Shown: positions 14,122 to 20,876, counted from the first letter of the stretch. The stretch is DNA of 21,910 nt from a virus (IMGVR_UViG_3300027905_000005:1-21910), one strand, 5' to 3'. The notes: generated by a model from the sequence alone, not told the origin. Program-made: numbers and translations.

Positions 14122-14541
14122 ATGGGTTCGAATTTTCCCCCAGGCACACCACCAATCGGCTACACCGAAGCGTTTTCACTAACCGGACTCGTTGCGGCTC
14201 TCACAACCCGCACGATGTACACCGCGCAGGTTGCAGGGCTTTACGCAGTGGGTTTTTGCTGCAACATCGTGGCCACGAACAAAGCGGGAACCATTGCCTG
14301 CACGCTGGGAACCCCCCACGCTGGCACCGTCGTCGTAGGCGTAGCGCCAGCGGCCCCCGGCGATACTCAGACAGCCATCGAGCAGGACCCGGCCTTAGGA
14401 GGCGCAACGCCCGTCGATGGGTACAGCGCCATGATTCCCGTGTGGATGAATGCGGGCGATGTGGTGACCTTTGCCACCGCCGTGGGAGGTTTAACAGGAA
14501 CCACCTACAACGTGTACGTGGCGGTTCAGCGCCTGCTTTAA
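14122..14541 (+). CDS. Small beta-rich protein, 139 aa. Possibly a fibre-associated or receptor-binding accessory protein.
   Basis: ATG 14122 lies 3 nt after the upstream stop and is preceded by GGAGAAGAG. The C-terminal segment (GYSAMIPVWMNAGDVVTFA ... YNVYVAVQRLL) loosely resembles the end of C1q/TNF-like jelly-roll domains. Confidence 0.5.
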   Translation: MGSNFPPGTPPIGYTEAFSLTGLVAALTTRTMYTAQVAGLYAVGFCCNIVATNKAGTIACTLGTPHAGTVVVGVAPAAPGDTQTAIEQDPALGGATPVDGYSAMIPVWMNAGDVVTFATAVGGLTGTTYNVYVAVQRLL

Positions 14542-15509
14542 CCCCGCCGATTCCGGCGAGGAGGACCTGCAGCAACACCGGAAACGGCGATATCGGCCGT
14601 CACCGTTCGAAGTGGCGATGGTGACCGGCGCGGCGCGCCGTTTCCGGCGATGGTGGACGTCGCAGGCAGCTCCGTTTTCAGCGATGGGGGATCCAAATCC
14701 ACTTCACCGATAGCAGCCAGCAGCGCCCGCCGTTCGAGCAAAGGCATTCGCCGAATCTTATTCACCCACCGCAGCTTTTTTCGTTTGATCCGTTCCCGTG
14801 CGCGGAAGTCCCCGCCGAGATACGTATAGTCATGCAGCGCCACCGGCTCAGGAAAGTTACACCAGAGCCATTCCGTTCGAGGCGTTCCCCCCCGCGTCAT
14901 AGTCTGATACTGCACCGTATCCCAGCCCGAAAGAAATTCGGCGTAGCGTTCGGACCAGTAACCCGAGATCATCACCCGGCAGGGCAGGCGGCGCAGAATC
15001 GACAAGAGCAACATATGGTCCAGGTCGTTCAGCTCGCATCGGTAGATATCACGAGGACCACGCGTTTCACGCATGTAGGGCGGATCACAGTACACCAGCT
15101 CCGAGCCCCCGAAGGGATAGGCCGAAAGGAAGGGAATCGCATCACCGTGGAACAAATGCCACGCGGGTCCGGCCACGTCGTTTTTGGCGATCCCGGCCCG
15201 TTTTCCACTTTTGAACAGCCCCACAATCGCTTCAGGTGCTTTCGGCGCGGCCTTCCCAATAGCTGAGGACCCGGAAACGCGAGAGCGCGATCGCTCAACG
15301 CCGGAAATGGCGATTCCTCCGGCGGAATCGCTGAAAGTGACGAGGGGATCCAAATTCAGATCGATTCCGATGTTCAGCAGCGCGGGTTTCTTCAGGCGCA
15401 TGATGGCACCCCCGCCCAGAAACGGTTCGAGGTACACGTCATGCGGCGGCATCCGGTTAATGATGGTCTGAAAAACACCGGCCCCGTTCTTTCCGCCCGG
15501 ATACGTCAA
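14538..15509 (-). CDS. N6-adenine DNA methyltransferase, Dam-like (D12 class).
   Basis: N-terminal YPGGK, motif I EPFLGGGAI and catalytic DPPY (LVYCDPPYM). TTG start at 15509 has GGGGAGG 5 nt upstream and overlaps the stop of the upstream methyltransferase (TTGA). Confidence 0.85.
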   Translation of the reverse strand: MTYPGGKNGAGVFQTIINRMPPHDVYLEPFLGGGAIMRLKKPALLNIGIDLNLDPLVTFSDSAGGIAISGVERSRSRVSGSSAIGKAAPKAPEAIVGLFKSGKRAGIAKNDVAGPAWHLFHGDAIPFLSAYPFGGSELVYCDPPYMRETRGPRDIYRCELNDLDHMLLLSILRRLPCRVMISGYWSERYAEFLSGWDTVQYQTMTRGGTPRTEWLWCNFPEPVALHDYTYLGGDFRARERIKRKKLRWVNKIRRMPLLERRALLAAIGEVDLDPPSLKTELPATSTIAGNGAPRRSPSPLRTVTADIAVSGVAAGPPRRNRRG

Positions 15510-16321
15510 AGTGTGCCTCCCCGGGTGACAACGCCCCGCGCGGCGTCACGCTTGCGTTCCATCCGTTTCCTACAGGCGGGACCCGCCGATATCGCCTTGC
15601 CCTTCACAGGGCGCGCGCAACCGCACACACACAACCGGATGGAATCACCCGGCACCGGCGAAACGACAGCCCCCGCTATGAAGCGCGCCACTTCGAGATG
15701 CACCCCGTTACCCACGGCCCGATACTTTGCGCCGAGCGTGAAGGAAGGAAGATCAAAATCCGAGGGCAAGCCCTGCAATGCACAGAAGGCCCCGAAGTCC
15801 CGGCGCGTTCCCCCCGTCGAAGCCAGCAAAGTGGGAGCTGGCATCGACGGCCCCGACGATGGACGCTGCAGATAGAGCACGTATCCGGCCCGATGGCCGA
15901 ATTGAAAGTGACGGAGGCGGCGTTGCCCCACGCCCAAATGTTTGGCGTCGATATCGATTCTCTGATGGCTGTAACCGGCAATCGGAACGTCAGGGCACCC
16001 CGGCACGTTTTCGAGGAGCCACCAGCGCGGGCGCACTTCGAGAACGACCCGGCGGAACTCCCGCAGCATTTCGACACCGTACCCGCTGGGAGCCCCACGG
16101 CGCGCGCGCGAGAAGTCCGGGCAGGGTGAACCCGCTATCACTCCATCGAAGCGGCCAGCGGGCGCGTGGAACTCTCTTATATCCCCGCCGAAAATCAAAT
16201 TGGGACCCCGCACAACGCTGAACCCCTGGGATTCGAACCCACGTCCCAGCAGATCGATGCCTGGAAAGAGCGAAAGAACCAGTTGTGACGAGTAGCTACG
16301 TTTCCGGCGATGTGCGCCCAC
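15506..16321 (-). CDS. DNA (cytosine-5) methyltransferase, compact at 271 aa, with a Cys-rich C-terminal tail.
   Basis: Motif I LFPGIDLLGRGF, motif IV GSPCPDFS, motif VI LLENVPG, motif VIII-like HLGVGQRRLRHF, motif X YRAVGNGV. The C-terminal CVCGC...C could be a zinc ribbon. The GTG start at 16321 is uncertain because the RBS is too close. Confidence 0.85.
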   Translation of the reverse strand: MGAHRRKRSYSSQLVLSLFPGIDLLGRGFESQGFSVVRGPNLIFGGDIREFHAPAGRFDGVIAGSPCPDFSRARRGAPSGYGVEMLREFRRVVLEVRPRWWLLENVPGCPDVPIAGYSHQRIDIDAKHLGVGQRRLRHFQFGHRAGYVLYLQRPSSGPSMPAPTLLASTGGTRRDFGAFCALQGLPSDFDLPSFTLGAKYRAVGNGVHLEVARFIAGAVVSPVPGDSIRLCVCGCARPVKGKAISAGPACRKRMERKRDAARGVVTRGGTL

Positions 16322-16440
16322 GTCCCTCGATGATCGTCAAAAACGGCGATGAAGTCAAGCGGTACAATCCGAGGCGTGGCGGGTTGCCCGTGCTTAATCC
16401 CGGCTCATGACACTCCAACGCGAGGCCAGCGCACCCGCCC
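16322..16440. promoter_or_regulatory. Divergent intergenic region between the methyltransferase operon and the plus-strand accessory block.
   Basis: 119 nt of non-coding sequence between divergent starts. It contains a -10-like TACAAT at 16363-16368 (plus strand) and TTGACG on the minus strand at 16335-16340. No convincing paired -35/-10. Confidence 0.3.
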
Positions 16441-16707
16441 ATGAAAACCCCCGGAGAACTGGCCCTGATTCACTTACCCGCCGATGTTTCTAAAAAACTT
16501 CCCGAAGCATGGCTTTCAGGTCCGATTCATTCGACCATCGCGGGCGATGGGAAAACGCACGCACTCCACATTGTGAACCCGCTGGAATACAAACCCGACG
16601 GTGAAAACTGGAGACGCTACGACGGCGCGCCACAGGTGCTTGCCCGTGAAAAGGCCGGAATCTATGAACTCGAATTCCTGGACACCTGGCCCCGAACCCA
16701 TCAGTAG
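16441..16707 (+). CDS. Hypothetical protein, 88 aa.
   Basis: Clean ORF starting at an ATG; no obvious RBS. Confidence 0.45.
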   Translation: MKTPGELALIHLPADVSKKLPEAWLSGPIHSTIAGDGKTHALHIVNPLEYKPDGENWRRYDGAPQVLAREKAGIYELEFLDTWPRTHQ

Positions 16708-16719
16708 TACAATTCCCCC

Positions 16720-16941
16720 ATGCAACGCGGCGAGCTGGTAGCCCTGATCACAGAAGCCAAGAGCTACCGACAGGATCACGCTCTCCACATCCCGGAGCCC
16801 GAATACCTGGCCGACTGCATCATCCAGCGTTTCATCGTGATCGAAGACACGCAGGTATACATACCCCCGCTTGAAAAAGAGATGACCGGATTGAAGGCCG
16901 AACAGGCAGAGCGAATCCGGCAAATCCTGGGCGAAAAATAG
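16720..16941 (+). CDS. Hypothetical protein, 73 aa.
   Basis: Clean ORF starting at an ATG; no obvious RBS. Confidence 0.45.
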   Translation: MQRGELVALITEAKSYRQDHALHIPEPEYLADCIIQRFIVIEDTQVYIPPLEKEMTGLKAEQAERIRQILGEK

Positions 16942-17205
16942 AGTTCGTTCCGCTAACGGGTGTTATGTCAACTCTCATGAAGAATCAGCAGCTTGACCCG
17001 TGCGCCCTGCACCACACTTAAGCAACCCAGTACCCGACCACAAGATGTAGTGTGGACACCGGGCGGAAAATATGCACAATCGGGGTATGCGACCCATTGA
17101 CCTGGTGAAGCACTTCACCCGAATTTTGCTCATCCCCAGCGCCCGAAAAAAACTCCTGTTTTCGCCAGCGCAAAATCCCAAAACCAAACCCACCGCGAGG
17201 CGCGT
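16942..17205. promoter_or_regulatory. Largest non-coding gap, 264 nt, locally AT-richer. Candidate promoter/operator or origin region.
   Basis: Two TTGACC hexamers at 16993-16998 and 17097-17102. A 16-bp perfect palindrome GGTGAAGCACTTCACC at 17104-17119 sits immediately after the second. A 7-bp inverted repeat CCACACT/AGTGTGG lies at 17012-17018 / 17049-17055. Only antisense shadow ORFs are present. Confidence 0.4.
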
Positions 17206-17445
17206 ATGACCCGCTACGGATCGGAATATTCAAGCGTCCGTTGCGGAAACTGCCGGAAGACTTACGAAGTCCCCGACGATCCGGCGCTGAGATACGCGGC
17301 GGTTCAGGCTCACAAACTTGTTTGCCCCGAGCGCGACAAGGTTGCAGAGCAGCACCTGGAATTAGTCAAGGACTTCGAAGAACAGCAGCGGCGCGCGAAG
17401 CGACCGGCGCGCCCATGGTGGAAGTTCTGGAGGCGCGGCGCATGA
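17206..17445 (+). CDS. Small Cys-containing protein, 79 aa, possibly a zinc ribbon, with a basic C-terminus.
   Basis: ATG 17206 follows GCGAGG. Contains CGNC...C. Tail RRAKRPARPWWKFWRRGA. Confidence 0.5.
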   Translation: MTRYGSEYSSVRCGNCRKTYEVPDDPALRYAAVQAHKLVCPERDKVAEQHLELVKDFEEQQRRAKRPARPWWKFWRRGA

Positions 17446-17654
17446 CCATGAAACAGCTTTCCGATGTGAGCTTGGGACGAATGCGCGACCAGATTCCCTT
17501 TCAGCTCGAATCGATAACGCTGGAGATCAGCAAGGAAGCCAGCGCCGAGGATATAGCGCGTGTGTTGCCCCTTTTGAAAGTGGTTCTCAAAGCGGGTTCG
17601 CTTGAAATCTCGATCAACGGCGATGAACTCTACAGCGGAGCCATCATCGTATGA
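17442..17654 (+). CDS. Hypothetical protein, 70 aa.
   Basis: ATG 17442 overlaps the upstream stop (ATGA), with GGAGG at 17429-17433. It is the internal Met of track ORF 17241..17654. Confidence 0.5.
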   Translation: MTMKQLSDVSLGRMRDQIPFQLESITLEISKEASAEDIARVLPLLKVVLKAGSLEISINGDELYSGAIIV

Positions 17655-18022
17655 CCGCACCCCCCGGCGCTCGATTGTTGGAGTACATGCGGTTCCGTCT
17701 CTTGTGGCCAGCCGAGCCTTTCCGTGGAGACGGATACGATTTTGAAAAAGCTTTCGCTCACTTATTCATTCGCGTGATCGTCAACGGCGAGTGTGTGCGC
17801 AAAGTGCGCCTGCTCGAATTGCCGGATATCCCCGTTCAACAGGACAATGGGCGCGGCACCCAGCTTTTCGGCCTTGCTGTTGACTACCCCGTGTGCCCTG
17901 GCGACGAGATCAGCGCGCGCGTCGATACTGATGAACCCGCAAGCCCCTGGACCGAAGGTTTCACGCTCCAGGCGGAATGCAGCATCACCGGCGAACTCGC
18001 CATAGAGCGAGGCACCGCATGA
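17651..18022 (+). CDS. Hypothetical protein, 123 aa.
   Basis: ATGA overlap with the upstream stop; clean ORF. Confidence 0.5.
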   Translation: MTAPPGARLLEYMRFRLLWPAEPFRGDGYDFEKAFAHLFIRVIVNGECVRKVRLLELPDIPVQQDNGRGTQLFGLAVDYPVCPGDEISARVDTDEPASPWTEGFTLQAECSITGELAIERGTA

Positions 18023-18255
18023 GAGCAACCATTCGCTTTTTCGTCAACCGGAAGCAAAAGGAATCGTTCACGGTCCCCGACGCTAACGCGTGGCTTCACC
18101 AGTTCAAGAGCTACCTGGAAAGCCACAGCGAAATAATCACCGAAGCCCACATGATCGAAATCGAGTTTCTGGACGAGCCCGACGTAACCCAGCGGTTTAT
18201 TCGTTTCGGAAGCGATCCCAGCATGATGGTTTTGCCGATTCGCGTGGAGCCATGA
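18019..18255 (+). CDS. Hypothetical protein, 78 aa.
   Basis: ATG 18019 overlaps the upstream stop (ATGA). It is the internal Met of track ORF 17977..18255. Confidence 0.5.
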   Translation: MRATIRFFVNRKQKESFTVPDANAWLHQFKSYLESHSEIITEAHMIEIEFLDEPDVTQRFIRFGSDPSMMVLPIRVEP

Positions 18256-18259
18256 GCCC

Positions 18260-18619
18260 GTGCCGATCCGCAAAGAACACCGCCGTTTTTACGGCGCGCA
18301 GTGGCGCGCCTACCGGCTGAAACTCATCGCGGAAGCGGGCGGCGAGATTTGCAGCAAATGCGGCATCGAGCTTGCCCAGGGGATCAACGGCGCACATCAG
18401 GACCATGACCCTCAGAACAACAACAGCGCGGTTCTGATGTGCCCCAGTTGCCACGCAACCCACGACGCCCCACATCGCATAGCGATACAGCGACGAAGGA
18501 AAGCGGCCACCGAAGGGCAAGGCTGGCTTTTACCCGAGCTGGAATGGTCCCCATTCGCAGACTGGGAAATACCCGGCTGGGTCTATGACCGGCTGAAGCA
18601 GAGCAAGCTTTTTGACTAG
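18260..18619 (+). CDS. HNH endonuclease.
   Basis: CSKCG ... HQDHDPQNNNSAVLMCPSCHATHD, i.e. a Cys pair, H-D-H, Asn, and CxxC-H. GTG start at 18260. Confidence 0.75.
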   Translation: MPIRKEHRRFYGAQWRAYRLKLIAEAGGEICSKCGIELAQGINGAHQDHDPQNNNSAVLMCPSCHATHDAPHRIAIQRRRKAATEGQGWLLPELEWSPFADWEIPGWVYDRLKQSKLFD

Positions 18620-18629
18620 ACTGGGAGCC

Positions 18630-18818
18630 ATGAAGAAACTTTCGGACGAGCAGTTAAGGCGCGAGGCATTCCGAAATCTGGCGGGCGCTTTCGGCGAAGT
18701 GCTGGACGTGCTCACGGATCAGGCGGCGCGGCGAATCGTCGAGATGGGAACGGCCCCGCTGAAAAAGGCACTGGTAGAAGCCATCGGACCCGCCCCGAAA
18801 AAGAAGGCCCGCCCGTGA
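18630..18818 (+). CDS. Small helical protein, 62 aa, with a basic C-terminus.
   Basis: ATG 18630 follows GGGAG. The track start TTG 18612 overlaps the upstream gene. Tail PAPKKKARP. Confidence 0.45.
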   Translation: MKKLSDEQLRREAFRNLAGAFGEVLDVLTDQAARRIVEMGTAPLKKALVEAIGPAPKKKARP

Positions 18819-19486
18819 AACGCAATTTAACAGATCGCGCGAAACGTTACCGCGCGCAACAGAACAAGCCCCCCGGCCCGAAGCGATGCAACTTTTGTAC
18901 GTCCCGGCGAAACGTGGACATCGACCACATCACCGGCGACGAGTCGGACGGCGAACCCGAAAATCTCATGTGGCTCTGCCGACCGTGCAACGCGACAAAG
19001 GCGTTTCACCAGGCACGAAATAAGATCGGCGTGCGCACCCGGCAATACAACCCGGAAGGCAGGGCGACACTGGCAAAGTTCAGACACGCGGCATCGATTT
19101 TGCTGGGAAAGATCAAAGGGAGCGTGGCCAGCGCCACGGCTTACATTCGCGGCACCCCACCGGAGAAACGCGCGGAGTTCGCCGAACAGATGGCCCAGCA
19201 CAACCCATTTGTATCGGAAGCCCAGCGCCGAAAGTTTTATGCGATGGCCGAGCGCGGCGAAATTTCCCCGGCCACGGTCAGGAAGTTCGAACGCGACACG
19301 CCACCCGGCGCGCTACCTCCGTTCGCTCACAACCCGCCCACGTTCGCACAGTACGCCCATGGCGTCTCGATTCACCGGCGCGGGAGCAAGGACGAGGGCG
19401 GCGCGATCATCCACGCCACGCCCCCGGCAGTGCGCAGCAAGTACGCCCGGAAAATCGCTTCGATCAAACGACAGCGGCGCACGTGA
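18815..19486 (+). CDS. HNH endonuclease with a C-terminal extension of about 140 aa.
   Basis: CNFCTSRRNVDIDHITGDESDGEPENLMWLCRPCNATK, i.e. CxxC, D-H, N, CxxC-N. GTG 18815 overlaps the upstream stop (GTGA). The extension contains SEAQRRKFYAMAERGEIS. Confidence 0.75.
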   Translation: MKRNLTDRAKRYRAQQNKPPGPKRCNFCTSRRNVDIDHITGDESDGEPENLMWLCRPCNATKAFHQARNKIGVRTRQYNPEGRATLAKFRHAASILLGKIKGSVASATAYIRGTPPEKRAEFAEQMAQHNPFVSEAQRRKFYAMAERGEISPATVRKFERDTPPGALPPFAHNPPTFAQYAHGVSIHRRGSKDEGGAIIHATPPAVRSKYARKIASIKRQRRT

Positions 19487-19582
19487 ACACCGTTTGCAAA
19501 AGCGCGCGGGTTACTCTCTATGGGTTACTGATGTTCTGCCTTGCGGGTTTTCTCTGGCTTGCGATTGAAGGGTACAGGAGTA

Positions 19583-20104
19583 CTAGCGGCGGGAGAAAAA
19601 GAAAAGGCCGAGAGCAGCCACCCCGATCATGACCCATGCCCCTGAAGGAACGTCAACGACACCCGCCAGGTAATCCGTCGAGCTGTTCATCGAATCTGAA
19701 AGCTGGGAATCGATGGAGCTGGAATCGGGCGCGCTCCCGAGGGAAAGAAGATCGTCGGAGGCGTTGAACCCGGTTTGTTGCGTCACGTTGGAAATATAAG
19801 AGGCGGTATCATTGCCGGCACTTGCGGGAGCCCACGAACTGATGAGTTCGCCTACGTTCGTAACCGGGTTGCCGTTGACATCGGTTCCGCGAACCGCGTC
19901 TAACTGAATCTGGTTTGTGAGTGCCTGGTAACCGGAATCGTAGGAACTGAAGACAGCGAAGCCACCCGGCCCAGCCGTGGCACCGGGTTGACCCGCGTAC
20001 ACCAGATTGCCCGGATTGTTGTTTGTATAAGCGACCGAGCCCGGATAATACCCTTCCTGATTTTGAATCGCGTTTGCCAACGCAGTGACGGCCAGCGGAT
20101 TCAT
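19583..20104 (-). CDS. C-terminally anchored protein with an NNNPGN-motif domain. Possibly a cell-wall-interacting or lysis-related protein.
   Basis: EGYYPGSVAYTNNNPGNLVYAGQPGATAGPGGFAVFSSYDSGYQAL ... ELISSWAPASAGNDTASYISNV. C-terminus GAWVMIGVAALGLFFFSRR. The ATG at 20104 has only a weak RBS. The alternative GTG at 20350 lies inside the repeat element. Confidence 0.55.
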   Translation of the reverse strand: MNPLAVTALANAIQNQEGYYPGSVAYTNNNPGNLVYAGQPGATAGPGGFAVFSSYDSGYQALTNQIQLDAVRGTDVNGNPVTNVGELISSWAPASAGNDTASYISNVTQQTGFNASDDLLSLGSAPDSSSIDSQLSDSMNSSTDYLAGVVDVPSGAWVMIGVAALGLFFFSRR

Positions 20105-20335
20105 TCCCGATGCAGCGGCCCCCAGGCGGCGCGACAGGAAGGCGAGGAAGGAGTGGGGACTATCGGCCCGCCGAGGGCGGGCGGGAAGGCCCCGCAGCCC
20201 GCCAGCAACGTACACCGATGGACTGGCAGCGGCCCGGATCACACGATAAGTATATGTGACCGAGCTGGACCCCGCGCACGAATCGAGGAACAGGGGAATC
20301 TTATTCCCCGTGGACGCGGCGCGCCCCACGACATT

Positions 20336-20396
20336 GGGCCGGCCCGTCACCCTTTTTTTGTGACCCGGCCGGGTTTCTTCAGCCGCGGTTAATCAC
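20336..20396. promoter_or_regulatory. Repeat array C: lies in the divergent region between 19583..20104 (minus) and the plus-strand replication side.
   Basis: GGGCCGGCCCGTCAC-CCTTTTTTT-GTGACCCGGCCGGG...CAGCCGCGG..AATCAC. It is colinear with array A positions 3220-3273 apart from the inserted T7 tract. Confidence 0.8.
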
Positions 20397-20669
20397 GTGC
20401 GAGTGGGTCAGTGGGTCCCGTCGCTTCACCCACAAACTCACTCGGACGCGAAAGATTTTCCTCTACCCTCTAAAGACAATAAAGACGGGCGCGCCGAAGT
20501 GTTGTCGCCCGCGACCACAAATCTGGAGTGGCGGGCGGGAACAAACAAAAGGCGAACGCGTGTAGTAGTGGACAACCACACTGATGAGCCCAACCCGCTG
20601 AGGCCATTCGATGAGGCTCAGAAAGTAACTGAAGTTATACCGGGAACCGACGAAAAAGAAAGTCCTTGA
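20397..20669 (+). CDS. Questionable ORF, 90 aa. The region may instead be non-coding regulatory sequence or RNA.
   Basis: GTG start buried in a 45-nt hairpin, no RBS. Third-position GC is visibly lower than in the well-supported genes. Confidence 0.25.
   Translation: MRVGQWVPSLHPQTHSDAKDFPLPSKDNKDGRAEVLSPATTNLEWRAGTNKRRTRVVVDNHTDEPNPLRPFDEAQKVTEVIPGTDEKESP
20400..20444 (+). other. Extended stem-loop: 9 bp + 6 bp with a symmetric 2-nt internal loop.
   Basis: CGAGTGGGT-CA-GTGGGT-cccgtcgcttc-ACCCAC-AA-ACTCACTCG. The single G-T wobble would be tolerated only in a plus-strand RNA. Confidence 0.5.
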
Positions 20670-20694
20670 CAGTTGGGTGACTGTAGCCTGAGAC
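20666..20694 (+). promoter_or_regulatory. Candidate promoter for the replication operon.
   Basis: Perfect -35 TTGACA at 20666-20671. A GTGAC half-site lies in the spacer at 20677-20681. Weak -10 TGAGAC at 17-nt spacing. The downstream ATG 20709 has almost no RBS. Confidence 0.3.
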
Positions 20695-20708
20695 TACCAA
20701 TAGAGCCC

Positions 20709-20876
20709 ATGCGCAGCTTTCCGCCCGAGACAATCGAGCACCTGAGAAACATGGCCCTGATTCGTGAAGCGCGCAAGCGCAAACGAACCCGCGTCATCAG
20801 CGACCGCGCACGAGCCGGGAAGAGACGGCGGAACGAACGTTACCGCCAAAAACAGAAAGAGGAGCAGCCCCGATGA
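20709..20876 (+). CDS. Small, very basic protein, 55 aa. Candidate DNA-binding regulator.
   Basis: Internal ATG of track ORF 20673..20876. Sequence REARKRKRTRVISDRARAGKRRRNERYRQKQKEEQPR. Confidence 0.45.
   Translation: MRSFPPETIEHLRNMALIREARKRKRTRVISDRARAGKRRRNERYRQKQKEEQPR

Noticed and set aside
16441-16707. AGDGKT in the 88-aa protein as a possible Walker A motif.
   Set aside because: It does not fit [AG]xxxxGK[ST] because the residue five positions before the Gly is Thr. The protein is also far too small for an NTPase fold.
19487-19582. Convergent intergenic gap searched for a bidirectional terminator.
   Set aside because: It holds only short direct repeats (GGGTTACT x2, CTTGCG x2). There is no stable GC-rich stem followed by a T-tract.
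20336-20372. GGGCCGGCCCGTCAC-CCTTTTTTT-GTGACCCGGCCGGG as a rho-independent terminator.
   Set aside because: Only the 5-bp GTCAC/GTGAC arms pair. The flanking GC blocks are each self-palindromic rather than complementary to each other, and the T-run lies in the loop rather than after the stem.
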